DNA of 64,000 nt from a virus: the IMG/VR virus record IMGVR_UViG_3300026484_000394, positions 33,198 through 97,197 of that record. The stretch is one strand, 5' to 3'. Below, piece by piece: positions 9,187 through 20,800 of this stretch. The notes under the pieces were generated by a model, which saw only the letters and a list, made by a program, of their open reading frames with translations, did no database searches and was not told where the DNA came from. The position numbers and the translations under genes were made by a program. Numbering within the stretch: the stretch's first letter is position 1; every line of letters starts with the position of its first letter.

Positions 9187-10872
9187 TTGATTACATTTGT
9201 AGGAAAAGTAGCTGATTTTGGTGATGGATTTACACAAACAAGTGTGCAAATCTTATTGGTAGATAAAGCTAATAATATAAACGAATGGTCTCCTATAGTC
9301 TCAGTATCTGATGAAGGCGTTTATGGACATACATTTATTCTTGATGGCTTGATGGACTTTGTTTCATCTGAAGCAAGAGCTGTAGTTATAGCTTGGAATG
9401 ACAAAAAAGAACGAAGTGCTACTCACGAAATGCTCTACAGTCAGGTTCATCATGTTCCGAAAGAACCATTAGTGGTGACTGATATTACACTAGAAAAAGC
9501 AGCAGAAGCTAATCATAGACTCCTGAATGGACTAATAAATACTGTTGAAGGACTGACATCAGAATATCAGCCTGAAATAGACACCCCTAACCAGCTCGCT
9601 TATTTTGAAGATGAGCCGATTTTCAATCAGACAAAGCCTATTTCGTTTCAGATGAAAAGTAGGGGGGTGTATATTGATCCATTCCCAATACTGTTTGTTA
9701 AGGCAGGTAGCTACCAAATTCCTATCAGAGTGAGCTTTGCTGGCGGTAGCAAGAGGGAAATGATTCTGAATGTTAATGTTGCTAAAAAAGAGGAAGAGGT
9801 TCTAGTCTCATTAGATGACATAAATATAGACAAAGGGCTTTGTTTATTTGCAGTAAAGAACAGAGGAATTAAAGATAATATTTTTAGAGCAGACTTGTTT
9901 ACTTCAACAAAATTTAATTTACAGAATGTTGATTTTATAATAGATGGCCAAAAGTATTCAACAAATGATCTTTCTCGACTTGGAGTTCAATTCTTACTAC
10001 CAGACTCTGATGAGGCAAAGGTCGAAGTGACCATGATTGCTTATGGAACGGTCAATGAAGGATCAAAACTAGAAACATATGAGTATACACAGGAAGTCCA
10101 GAGATACAAAAGTCTTGTCGGAGATATGGCAGTCTCTCTTGATGCTGACTCTGGTAAATATACTGCCGCTGTGAATTTTGAGGGAGGAGATGATATCTCT
10201 ACTATTCTATGGCAGATTGTGTATAAATCTACTGTAATCGAAAAGGTACTTAAGGTTACTGATGTAGACTCTAAGGCCTTGATAAACATTCTGTACCAAG
10301 ACTATGCCTCACCGGATAAAAAGAGTATAGAGTTTGAGACTATTAAGCCTGGAAACTACGATATTAATGCATACGCTATTAATTCAGCCGGAGTATATAC
10401 AAAAGTCTCTCATTCTCTTTTTGTTCCAGGAGGAGACGCTGAAGAGGACGACATTGAAGTTGGAGATAGCATTACTATTGGTTGTGTAAGTGATCACGGA
10501 GAAGTTCCAATCGTTACTGTGTACCGACTATCCAGAGAAGGATATATAAAAGACACTTCCACTCCTATGGACCATGCCTTTGAGCAAACTTACGTATACG
10601 ACCATGTTGCAGAATATGCCGATAGCTTTTATATATTTAAAGTTGGTGAGAGTATAGTTGTAAAGAAAGTTGGAGCTCCAAGAGGCTGTATGGTTGTTTA
10701 TGCCAAAGGTCTTCAAGCCGGTAGAGAAATTGCTTTCCAGCTTCAGGACTTTGAAGGAGAAACAATAGATGAAGGGATACTAGATGATTCTGGATTTGGA
10801 GTCTATTATAAAGTTATGTCTGAGAATGTACGAGGTGTTCTAGTTGTGGGCAAAACCAGACGAGTAGTGTAA
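9187..10872 (+). CDS. hypothetical virion protein, possible Ig/PKD-like beta-sandwich domains
   Basis: 561 aa; beta-strand patterns such as KPGNYDINAYAINSAG and KAGSYQIPIRVSF. Confidence 0.55.
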   Translation: MITFVGKVADFGDGFTQTSVQILLVDKANNINEWSPIVSVSDEGVYGHTFILDGLMDFVSSEARAVVIAWNDKKERSATHEMLYSQVHHVPKEPLVVTDITLEKAAEANHRLLNGLINTVEGLTSEYQPEIDTPNQLAYFEDEPIFNQTKPISFQMKSRGVYIDPFPILFVKAGSYQIPIRVSFAGGSKREMILNVNVAKKEEEVLVSLDDINIDKGLCLFAVKNRGIKDNIFRADLFTSTKFNLQNVDFIIDGQKYSTNDLSRLGVQFLLPDSDEAKVEVTMIAYGTVNEGSKLETYEYTQEVQRYKSLVGDMAVSLDADSGKYTAAVNFEGGDDISTILWQIVYKSTVIEKVLKVTDVDSKALINILYQDYASPDKKSIEFETIKPGNYDINAYAINSAGVYTKVSHSLFVPGGDAEEDDIEVGDSITIGCVSDHGEVPIVTVYRLSREGYIKDTSTPMDHAFEQTYVYDHVAEYADSFYIFKVGESIVVKKVGAPRGCMVVYAKGLQAGREIAFQLQDFEGETIDEGILDDSGFGVYYKVMSENVRGVLVVGKTRRVV

Positions 10873-10873
10873 T

Positions 10874-11464
10874 ATGCGATATGCAGCTTGTTCCGCAAAA
10901 AACCTAACTTCTAGTAAGATTAAGGTTCTTGTGGCGGACAGTGCTGATGTCATCGTGTATCATATTATTCAAGGTCAGATTGCCGAAATAGACCATACTG
11001 CTCTTGATGAAAAAGATAACAAGACAATATTGACATTTCCTGTTCATGAGAGAGGGTACTATATCGTCAAGGGTCATAAAACAGTTCAAGTATATAAGCA
11101 AGGTACTGTCCCTTATGTAGGCTTTGTGATTTCCTCTTCTGACTTAGAATTGGACTACCAAATTTTAGATGCAGATATGCAAGAGAAAGACTTAGCTGTG
11201 CTAACTCTTTTGCAGGACGGCATTATTCAGATTTCTCCTAATGGGTTGCGATCTTTTTTTGTGTTAGTAAATGAAAAGATGTATTTCTTTTGTCCTAGCT
11301 GTGAAATCAAGAAAGAAACTTCTGCTTCTTGCCCAAAGGCTTCACTGTCTATAAAAAACACAGGTTTCAGTATCTCATCTTCAGGCTCAAAATTAGCTGT
11401 ATCTTCAGAGAAAAGTAGCAAAACAACTCTTTCAGTCAAACGAATGCAAATAAAGGAGCTCTAA
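10874..11464 (+). CDS. hypothetical protein
   Basis: 196-aa ORF 1 nt after the previous stop. Confidence 0.7.
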   Translation: MRYAACSAKNLTSSKIKVLVADSADVIVYHIIQGQIAEIDHTALDEKDNKTILTFPVHERGYYIVKGHKTVQVYKQGTVPYVGFVISSSDLELDYQILDADMQEKDLAVLTLLQDGIIQISPNGLRSFFVLVNEKMYFFCPSCEIKKETSASCPKASLSIKNTGFSISSSGSKLAVSSEKSSKTTLSVKRMQIKEL

Positions 11465-11597
11465 GTTGACTAAAAATAGAACAGTGAAGATTTCTACGAA
11501 AACATATATTACACGGCTTCAAGTGAAGCCTCCAATCACTCACGACAAGATATCTCTCAAAAAAAATAGTAATTTTTCTTTTCGAATCTCTTTTAAA

Positions 11598-11626
11598 TAG
11601 AAATTTCATAGAAAAGATACTATAAT
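11598..11626 (+). promoter_or_regulatory. sigma70-like promoter
   Basis: TATAAT at 11621-11626, TAGAAA 17 nt upstream, A/T tracts in a 190-nt intergenic gap. Confidence 0.5.
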
Positions 11627-11654
11627 TAACTAAATGCAAAAAAAGGATATACCT

Positions 11655-12269
11655 ATGAATTTTATAAATCATGTAGCACAACATTTGGATGCTTATTCTG
11701 AACAAGAAGATACTGGCAGTTTTATCAAGGAAGCTGCGGAGAACGATGTAACTTATAACGATATGGTTGCTCTAAACAACCTCCTTAATGGAGATGCGGC
11801 CACAGGCGAGAACATTATTCAACCAAATGGTGAAATAGCCGACAGCAGAATTAATGTTGCAATTATGGGCTATGAAAAGATAGCTAGTCAAAGTATCACT
11901 CAAAATGAACTTCTTCAAGAGCTAAATCAAGTTGGTTTAACGGGAGAGGATTTTGATATTGTGGCAGGTTTAATTGAGAAACAAGCTTCAGATCGTTTGG
12001 AAGCTGAATTCATGTCTAGAATGGACGGTATTCACGGAGGTCTTATGACAGCCAATATTGACCCTATGGAAGCAGTACATTTTATGGATTCTTTTGCCCA
12101 GGCAGAAAATAATGAAGAGCAAGACAAGGTAGCTTCTGAATATCCACATTACTCAGAAGCAGACCTGGAGGCGATCGCTATTGCGAAAGTTTCTCTTGAT
12201 GAGCTTTCTGACACGGGAGCAACAGAACCTATGCATTATTTTTTAGCCGCTTCACAAAGAGAGGTGTAA
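11655..12269 (+). CDS. acidic putative head/internal protein with repeated K-x-A-S motifs
   Basis: IKEAA, EKIAS, EKQAS, DKVAS; AAGGA RBS before ATG 11655. Confidence 0.6.
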   Translation: MNFINHVAQHLDAYSEQEDTGSFIKEAAENDVTYNDMVALNNLLNGDAATGENIIQPNGEIADSRINVAIMGYEKIASQSITQNELLQELNQVGLTGEDFDIVAGLIEKQASDRLEAEFMSRMDGIHGGLMTANIDPMEAVHFMDSFAQAENNEEQDKVASEYPHYSEADLEAIAIAKVSLDELSDTGATEPMHYFLAASQREV

Positions 12270-12272
12270 GAA

Positions 12273-13259
12273 ATGACTGCTGAGCAAGAACAGATAAACA
12301 AAACAGAAGGTCTTGTTCGGGCTGTCATTGATATGATGGCAGGAAGACAGTCTGACTTTGTAGATGGAGAAAAGCTAAAGAAGTTTCTTGACAACTATGC
12401 TTTCATTGAAGCTATTGCAGAGAATCAGACGATTGATATTTTCCTTGCTAATGTTACTCAAACAAAAGCACGCTTCAATCAGGTATCAGAACGTCTTTCT
12501 GGTTTACTAGCTGCTGCTGAATCCGAATCTGATAAGCTGATTTCACAGATGGGAGAAGGCTCGTCAGGACTAGCATTAAATTTGGCTAATATATCTTTAT
12601 TTCAATCAACTGTAGCTGATTCTTATGGGTCAATATTACAACACTTAGCAGATATTGATATAACTGCTAAATTAAATCAGATGGATTCAAGTCTTGCTGA
12701 ATCTATGGGGCTTATAGAGGACATGCGTTCACAGAGAACAGAAATAGATGCTCTCCTCAGAAAAGTTGCAGACAATAAGGCCTTGATTGAAAACATGGAT
12801 GATGTGAACTCTACTCAAACTTCTCTGATTGAAGATACAGGAGTAATGCTACTAGAATTAGAGAAGCAAATAGAGAATTATGCATTTTATTCGGAAGAGT
12901 TTGATAAGGTCTATGTAAATGCCGTTCAATTTGTAGAGAAGTTTGCCTCTCTTGCTAAGCAAATAGAGCATGTGTCCTTGAGAGACGATAAGTTAATATC
13001 ACTAATGCATAATGTAATAGAGAACTCAAGCAAAGAGCACTTAGAATTACAACAAATAATTGCAGATGCCGGAAATTCTATAGAACAACTTGGATTAGGT
13101 ACAGCACAAAGGCTTACAGAGATGACTCTTTTTATCAATGAGTTCAATGCTATAGGTCAAGCAATCTCTTCTTTTTCTCTGGACTTTGAAAAGCAAAAGC
13201 AAGATTACAGAGCAATCACTGTGGAATTAGAATCTACAGAGTTTACATATGGTAAATAA
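12273..13259 (+). CDS. coiled-coil hypothetical protein
   Basis: 328 aa with heptad-like Leu/Ile/Glu/Gln pattern and no Pro. Confidence 0.7.
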   Translation: MTAEQEQINKTEGLVRAVIDMMAGRQSDFVDGEKLKKFLDNYAFIEAIAENQTIDIFLANVTQTKARFNQVSERLSGLLAAAESESDKLISQMGEGSSGLALNLANISLFQSTVADSYGSILQHLADIDITAKLNQMDSSLAESMGLIEDMRSQRTEIDALLRKVADNKALIENMDDVNSTQTSLIEDTGVMLLELEKQIENYAFYSEEFDKVYVNAVQFVEKFASLAKQIEHVSLRDDKLISLMHNVIENSSKEHLELQQIIADAGNSIEQLGLGTAQRLTEMTLFINEFNAIGQAISSFSLDFEKQKQDYRAITVELESTEFTYGK

Positions 13260-13262
13260 TCT

Positions 13263-14402
13263 ATGAGACAGTTCTCATACAAATACAAGTCTTATATGAT
13301 TAACAAACATGGATTTGTCAATATGATTCCCCATGCTAAGTTTTTTCATGACTACATGGGATTTACAGGTAGCTTAGGGCTACCTATTTTTCAAACTTCT
13401 GCGAACCCAATGTATTCGGCAAATTTTTGCAAGTTGTTTACCGACCACACAATGTCATTTAAGCATAAAGTAGAATTGTTTTTTCCTGAGATTGAACAAG
13501 GGGTCTTTCTTGTTTCTGATATAAAATATGATGTCCTTCAAGACCCTACGGATGATGTAACAGTAACTCACAGTGTGGACTTAGGCGGTCAGTACGAAGA
13601 ATATGTTGTGATAGAGAACTTTACTGCTACTTTTGAAATTGAACTCTTTGTTGATTTTGGCAAAAGACTTTCTATACAAGCACCATTAGAGATAAACTGT
13701 GCATACATAGACATAATCCTGTTTAATCAGAGAATTAGCTTGACTACTCACGCAAACAATATCTTCATTCTTCCATATTTAATGTCGTATAAGACAGATT
13801 TCCCTCCAGAAGCAGCAAGACAAGACAACAGTTTCTCAAATATTTCTACAAACTCAGACTTAAGCTATGGATTTATTCTGTCAGATAGCTGTAGAGAAGC
13901 TCTGCAGAGAAAGAAAATATCCTTTCAAAAATTAGATATGGAACTCTTTGAGATTAAGAGAAAAGCAACAGAGTTGGAAGTACAAGCAGAAAAAGATAAT
14001 CCAATGGAAGACATCTATAGTCCAGAAACTCAACCCAAGACTAAAGATAAGTTTACAATTTCCCTTCCTCAATCACTGTTTAGGGATAAGATGGAACTGT
14101 ACGGCTTCCCTCTGTTTAACTCCGAGATTAATCTGGAGTGCTGTAAGTATTGGGAAGGAGCACTGTATAGTGTTTATTTTGGGTTATATGATGTTCCTGT
14201 TCTATCAGAAGGAAGTGATCCAGTAAGCTGTCTTAAAACCCCGAAAGAATGTCAGGAAACACCTCAGTACGAGGTTAGAAATAAAGTTATAGATGGATTT
14301 ATCACATATTCTGATTTATCTTGGGACGAGCTAGATAGCAGAATACCAGGAATGATAGACCAACCTACTAAACTAGAAGCAGAAAAAGATATGGAGATAT
14401 AA
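13263..14402 (+). CDS. hypothetical protein
   Basis: 379-aa ORF in tightly coupled operon. Confidence 0.75.
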   Translation: MRQFSYKYKSYMINKHGFVNMIPHAKFFHDYMGFTGSLGLPIFQTSANPMYSANFCKLFTDHTMSFKHKVELFFPEIEQGVFLVSDIKYDVLQDPTDDVTVTHSVDLGGQYEEYVVIENFTATFEIELFVDFGKRLSIQAPLEINCAYIDIILFNQRISLTTHANNIFILPYLMSYKTDFPPEAARQDNSFSNISTNSDLSYGFILSDSCREALQRKKISFQKLDMELFEIKRKATELEVQAEKDNPMEDIYSPETQPKTKDKFTISLPQSLFRDKMELYGFPLFNSEINLECCKYWEGALYSVYFGLYDVPVLSEGSDPVSCLKTPKECQETPQYEVRNKVIDGFITYSDLSWDELDSRIPGMIDQPTKLEAEKDMEI

Positions 14403-16690
14403 TGATAGTTCTACATTCCAAAATCCCTTCGTCAGGTTCTTGTAATAAAGGAGAAGACAAAGAGGAAGATAGTGAAGAAAATAAAGAGGATGAATCGTGT
14501 TCAAAGAAAGAATTGCCTCCCAAGTCTGATACAAAGAAACAGAACAAGAAGGCTGACGATGAAGAGGGTGATGACGAAGAAGATTCTCCCTTGTTTGCCC
14601 AGGACGGATTTTCATCTGTAGTTCCAGTTCTGCCTTTAGGTGATTACACATTTAAGAAAGGCGAGTATATTAGCTGTGAGCTTGAAGCTGTAGATATAAG
14701 TAGTATGACTGTTACTTCCGCTGTAGCAACAGTTTCTATGTATACCCTTGACAGAAAAGAGACTGTTGACTTTACTAAGCAAGAACTCCTTTCTGGAGTA
14801 GATTCTTTCTTTGAGACGGTTATCTTATCTGAGGAGCAAGATTTTGCAGCCTCGAACAGTTTGTTGTTTGGGGATGAAAGTGTCTCAATATCTTGTGCTT
14901 CCAAAGAAATTGATGTTGAGTGCAAGATAGCTTCTTGTGAAGATGACAAGGCAGTCCTTCATGTGATGATGGATTCTTTACAGTCCGAAAGTGAATGTGA
15001 TTGGGAAGAGATATGGCAGTTAATCGTAGTAGCGGATGCAGAAATGGGAGACGGCACAATAATGGAAGTTGTGATTCCGTTTAAACTTGAACTTTTTGCA
15101 AAAAGGATAGTCTTATCTTGTGATGAAGCAGACATTCTTTACGGTGATACAATAAAATGCTATAACGGCTGGATGTCAGATACTCAAACAAATATAGGAA
15201 TGTTTAAATTCTGTAAGACTGAAAACACAAGAACAACTTTGTATTTGAGATATATTTTTTCCAAGATTTTTAATTACTATGTTCCTGCTAGGCAAGACCT
15301 GTGTAAATTTCTTGCTTCGCATATCGAAGATACAGCGGGGTATGAAAAAGTATATCTCTTGAAATTACCCATGTATGCTGAAGATGCTGAAATCATCAAA
15401 CTAGAACTAATGAATGGTGAAGGTGAAGTGGCTATGTCCTTTGTTGACAACAGAGGTAAAGCTTCATTTGATTTCTCAAACATATCATCAAGTACAGGAA
15501 AAGTTATACTTAAAGCTACTGTAGCAGAGCAAGAATCCTTTTTCATAATAGAAGCGGGTTCTGCAGAGACAGAGTATATTGTTTCAGTTGCAGATAATAG
15601 GCTGGTGTATCCAACAAAAAACCGTGCTTTTGTTAGCAGTGATATAGATTTAGCCAAAGCCAAAAGTTCTATGTATTGGTTTCATACCTTTGTAGATTCT
15701 TTGCAGTCAGGATTAGTTCGAATTCAGGAAGCTAAAGCTCGCTCGCATGTAGTAGCAATGGTGTTTACGAGAGGAATGTCAGCTGGGTTACTTACTAATA
15801 TGATGGACTTTATTGCATATTTATTGTATGAGAATATAAAACTCCAAATTTCCGACAGTGAAAGAACTTTTTTCCTTGACTCAATAAAGCAGGTAATAGA
15901 TGCTTATGCAAGAAGTATGGCTAAGGCACAGTTTGGGCTCAAAAAAGATATTCGAAAGCGTGTGGCTAGGGATTGGCTTTTTACAATTAGAAGAGACGCA
16001 TTTAAAAGAAATCAGCAACAAGCATATGTGGAATATATGCCTTTGATTATGTGTGGAGCAGTGTCGTACTGTGCCTTCACAAAAAGACCTCAAATGGTAA
16101 TTGGGGCACCTATGTTTGGGTCAACGATAGATTTAGAAGACACTTCTGTGGCAGCACTAGATATTGAAGATGCAGTAATGACCGATTCTATCTCATCAAT
16201 GTTTCAAAAATATATCAACTTCTTTATACCATCGACAGATCTAGTAAGACTAAATACATTAAGACACCTAAAAACATCCATTCTGTATGGAGCATCTCAA
16301 AACAATTGGTCTGGGCATTTAGTGGTAATCAAAAAAGATGGCCTTCATTCTGAGCCGTACAGTTCTGAGAATAAGGCCTATGGCATTAATGCAAAGCCAG
16401 GAATGACAGTTGAGACCCCAGGAAAAATAGGTAAAATATGGAAAGAGTTAACAGACCAATGTGTTCGAGTTAGAACTTTTGAAAGCTATTACCCTGTTCA
16501 CGGGAAAAAAGCAATGGAGGCTATCGAAACAATGCCCGAAGGTGCTTTTCCGATGAATTGGTCAACTCAGCAAATAGTTGTCCTTGATATGGATGAAAAC
16601 AAACTGATTGTAGACGGTGAAGTTATATATGAAAATATTATTTTTAGTAGACCAAATGAGCATATTCTCATAGCAGAAAGGAAGGTATAA
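14402..16690 (+). CDS. hypothetical protein with acidic low-complexity N-terminus
   Basis: 762 aa; GEDKEEDSEENKEDE...DDEEGDDEEDS; TAATG coupling. Confidence 0.78.
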   Translation: MIVLHSKIPSSGSCNKGEDKEEDSEENKEDESCSKKELPPKSDTKKQNKKADDEEGDDEEDSPLFAQDGFSSVVPVLPLGDYTFKKGEYISCELEAVDISSMTVTSAVATVSMYTLDRKETVDFTKQELLSGVDSFFETVILSEEQDFAASNSLLFGDESVSISCASKEIDVECKIASCEDDKAVLHVMMDSLQSESECDWEEIWQLIVVADAEMGDGTIMEVVIPFKLELFAKRIVLSCDEADILYGDTIKCYNGWMSDTQTNIGMFKFCKTENTRTTLYLRYIFSKIFNYYVPARQDLCKFLASHIEDTAGYEKVYLLKLPMYAEDAEIIKLELMNGEGEVAMSFVDNRGKASFDFSNISSSTGKVILKATVAEQESFFIIEAGSAETEYIVSVADNRLVYPTKNRAFVSSDIDLAKAKSSMYWFHTFVDSLQSGLVRIQEAKARSHVVAMVFTRGMSAGLLTNMMDFIAYLLYENIKLQISDSERTFFLDSIKQVIDAYARSMAKAQFGLKKDIRKRVARDWLFTIRRDAFKRNQQQAYVEYMPLIMCGAVSYCAFTKRPQMVIGAPMFGSTIDLEDTSVAALDIEDAVMTDSISSMFQKYINFFIPSTDLVRLNTLRHLKTSILYGASQNNWSGHLVVIKKDGLHSEPYSSENKAYGINAKPGMTVETPGKIGKIWKELTDQCVRVRTFESYYPVHGKKAMEAIETMPEGAFPMNWSTQQIVVLDMDENKLIVDGEVIYENIIFSRPNEHILIAERKV

Positions 16691-16692
16691 TA

Positions 16693-17817
16693 ATGAATTT
16701 CAATCTTTCAAAAGAGCATCTTAAGATCAGTTTAGAGGGGGGAGATTTTTCTCTCCTTGTAGAAGACTTTTCTTGTGCTAGTGATACCAAACACAAGGTA
16801 TCTCAGAAGACGAAATGTACAATTGAGATAGAAGAGGAAGCAGCTTCTGATATTCGACAGATTTTTATTGACGGATTAGTGCAGAAAGCCAGTGGAGACA
16901 ATAGTTATATTTCTAAGCGAAAACTTCAAACACTGTTCTCGTCTCTTTTACCTATTGTCGAGTATAGTGATGCAGGGCTGATTGATATCTCTGATGAAAT
17001 CAAAGAGCAAATTGAGACTGCAACTAAAGATATTGAAATCAATACCAAGGTGTCTATAGAAGATAGTTCTTATTACCTAGATGCTAAGTATTGTATAGTA
17101 GCTGAGACAGAAGTAAAGAAAATAAACTTGTCTCTCAAGGCTATTACAAAAGACAATAATGAAGTAATTGAGGAGAACAGTCTTGTGAGTAGCCAGTTCA
17201 CACTAGCTCCATCAGATATACTTGATGAAGATGATGGGCTAACAGCGGACACAAGCATTGATTTGGAATATATTTTTAATCGAGTAGTTACGCTAACTGA
17301 AAGAAAAGACTTGAATGTAATAGAGACTTTTGGTAGGCTTTGGGAAAGAGACATTCAAGATATAGAAGACATCTTAGATATGTATGTTGAGTTATTCAAT
17401 AGTGCTTTCCAAAGTCTGACAGGAATTAAGTTTGAAGTCACTTCAAGATACCCTTTTGTTTCACACATATGTGGTATAAATCCTAATGTAAATGGGTTTA
17501 TGATAATTCCAATTAATCATACACAGATTTATATGAGCGGGTCAAGAGCAACAATACAAGCGAATGATACTGAGATGACTTATGTATCCGGAGATATTCA
17601 ATTTCCCTTCATCCCAGTAATAGGATCCGCAGAGAAAATGTTTGATATTTGTTCTGGTGAACCGGAATGGAGCAAGACGGGACCCCTTTGTAAAGAGTAT
17701 GTAGGGGAAAATATATCCGAGTTTGAAATAAATACAATGTTTAGCTGGGTAAATAGAACTTCGGCGGACACAAAGACTTATAGCTTATCTGCTCTGGGTC
17801 TAGATCATAAGGAATAA
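16693..17817 (+). CDS. hypothetical acidic protein
   Basis: 374-aa ORF with AAGGAAGG RBS. Confidence 0.78.
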   Translation: MNFNLSKEHLKISLEGGDFSLLVEDFSCASDTKHKVSQKTKCTIEIEEEAASDIRQIFIDGLVQKASGDNSYISKRKLQTLFSSLLPIVEYSDAGLIDISDEIKEQIETATKDIEINTKVSIEDSSYYLDAKYCIVAETEVKKINLSLKAITKDNNEVIEENSLVSSQFTLAPSDILDEDDGLTADTSIDLEYIFNRVVTLTERKDLNVIETFGRLWERDIQDIEDILDMYVELFNSAFQSLTGIKFEVTSRYPFVSHICGINPNVNGFMIIPINHTQIYMSGSRATIQANDTEMTYVSGDIQFPFIPVIGSAEKMFDICSGEPEWSKTGPLCKEYVGENISEFEINTMFSWVNRTSADTKTYSLSALGLDHKE

Positions 17818-17819
17818 AT

Positions 17820-20800
17820 ATGAGAGCAAAAGAACATTTTACAGCACTTCAGTTTGATGAAGGAGTGGTTATGTCGAGCGATGCAACTATCGTGGCTCCT
17901 CAAGCAAAAACAATTATCTGTCGAGAAGGCCTCAATCAAACAGTTTCATTTAGCCATGGAGCTGGAAGCACTTTTCCTCTTTTAGGAGAGTCTATTAGTA
18001 AACTAATTAAAAAGACTGACTATATGTCCTTCCGAAATTTCCTAGATGAGAGCACTTCTGCCTTAAGGGAAAACGAGGTTCTATCTAGTGATAAAGAAGT
18101 AAACTCTTTGCTTCAGGCCAATCTTAGACAGGAAATTTTCACCGCGAAGAGACAAAGCCTGTTCCTTGACAATCATTCATTCAACAGTCAGACATTTTCC
18201 CTGTTTTCGGAGATAAAAGTTCTAAAAACAGCCCCTCAATTTGATAAGAAACTAAAGTTTAATGGGTTAGACAAGGGACTTTCCTCATTCCCTTTGTACC
18301 AATTGTCTTTAGAAACTTCTACTGTAGTATTTAATTCTGCAGGTAAATTATCTCTATGCTATGATCAATCAAGGTTAGACTCTGCATTTGCAGGACTGCT
18401 TGAATTCTCTCTTAGAGATAAATCCAAGAATGTAATTCGTCCTTTATGTAGAGTTCGGGATATTGTTCCTTTAAATAAGGGGAGACTTGTTTTTCTTCCT
18501 GTCGATGAAGCAGCCTGCTCTGAAGCAGTAATGAATCAGAAAGAATCAAAATCGGTTGTAGAAGTTATGACTAGCAGGAATGATGTAGCTATAGAAGTAG
18601 ATGATTCACTTATTAAAGAAGGAGATTTCTTTCTAGTAAATAAAACATCTCAGCCTGTTCGGATAACTCTTACTAACGGAGACACACACAACCTCAATCC
18701 TTACGCAATAGAAAAAATCAGAATAAACCAAGTCTCATCAGTAACCGTGTTTAAATCTCTTTTTGCATATCCTACTCGAATTACAGAGGGTGCCGAAGAG
18801 AAATTCTTATTTAAACCTCTTCCAACAGTGAAATACTATTCTGTAGGCGACCGATATGTTAATGCTCCTAGCTTTTCAATAGATAAAATCACTCGCAATC
18901 TACAGAGCAGTCTAAATCTAAGAAATGAATCTGGCCTTGTTCATATCTTGAGCTACGCAACCAACTTAAAGTTAGAAAAAACAACTGTTGTTGCTTTTGG
19001 TGACGAGCTTGGAATGAGATACAATGAAACTGATATTATTATTCGAAATGGCGAAGTCTTAACTAAAAAGGCTTCAGAGACAGATTTCGCTACAGTGAAA
19101 CTTCCTGATACTAAAACAGGAGGAGAAAGAAAGTATGTCCAAGATGGGATTGAATTCAGCTCTAAAGAATCTATTGTAGGAGGTCGAACAATAGAAGATA
19201 AGGCTTTTATGTACGAAACAAACTACACTTACACAAAAGGTGCTGTTCATCGAAAACTGACGGGTCAAGCATATCCTGTTGGATTTTATAGAATTACATT
19301 TCAGCAAAGTGGGTGCCTACTTCAGAAATTTCCTATGCAGGATGGGAATGTAAATGTGCGAAATAGTTATTACGCAAGTGAAATCGCGTTAGTTCTTTCG
19401 GCTAAGGATGGAGAATTAGCTGTTTTAAATAGAAGAGACCCTGATGAGGACAGAATTATATACTCTTATCTAAGTGCATTTGCTAAGCATTCTAAAACAG
19501 CATTTGTTATTGAGTCGTTTGGTATGGTTTCAAGAAAGACTCTTCCTTATACTGTTAGCGAACACTGGTTGGCAAAAAAAATACTTGCTGACTATCCTTC
19601 TGACTATCCATTTTTATTGCAAGGAACTGCCTCAAGGACTCTTGAGAATTATTATTTGTGCTGGGTAGCTTTACGCCAGGTAGGTTCCAAAGAAATTAAA
19701 TTCTTTTTTGAATTAGAGAGTGAACATGGATTTTATTCTCACTTAGGAAACTCCTTCTATCTTTCACAACCCGCCATAAAATGTGAGGATGAGCAAAAAT
19801 ATGCCTTAAATAAGCTAAGTACTTGTGGTCATCCATATAAATATGACTTATTTACTTCAACGACCATCAACTCTATGGAAATACAAGAAATCATCCCAGA
19901 GAGTTATTTTACTAGCGAGGTTATTTCTGCTGGGCATATGTTTCATGTAGACCCTTTGCCAATAAAAACTGAAATGGTGGGTAACTATGGTCTTCATGCA
20001 ATCTCTGTTCAAGAGAGCTCTTCGCTAGAGACAAACATATACCACTCTAGCCCTACAAACACTAACCTGAATGAATATTTCAATGAAAATATATTTTTAT
20101 ATACTCTTCCCGAAATAGGTCTGATTTGTTCCGTTCCTTTTGCATTAGATACGGTGCCCACACAGGTAGAAAAGATAAAAGACAATTACAAAAGAGGAGT
20201 TAGGTATACTTTTGCCACTCATACTGTTGAAGCCTGGTTTTCAGAAGCAAAAGGGATAGCTGAAAGCAATTATCTTGTGTCTATTGATGGCAAAGAAGTC
20301 TATCTTGAGCAGAAGCCATATCCTGAATTCATGAACAAAGACCAAGATATTTATAATCTTAAAGCCTTCTATTTAACAGAAATGAGGCTTGATGAGCTAC
20401 ATTGCCAACCAACTATTTTAGCGAGTCTTTTGTATGCAAAATATGGTTTTATTCAGTGTATTCTTGGCGTTTGGTCAGAAGAAGACGAAGATGTGTTACT
20501 TGATGATACAAGCCTGCAGATAACTAAAGAGCATAGTCAGAAAGGACATCTTCTGGTAGCTTCTTGTAATGGACTTAGTCCGAAATACATAATAAATTAC
20601 TATTCTATGTATAGTGTGTTTTCTACAGGTAAATTGTTTGAATATGATACTGAGTTTCGTCTTACCATCAAAAAAGAAGGATTGGTGTCTAAGTTGCCAT
20701 TCTCGTATATTGCAGATGCAAAAGAGAGTTACTTCAATGAAGAAGAAGAGATAGCTACGAAGCTTATTATTCAAGGTTTTTCAAGTGAGCTACAAGGGGC

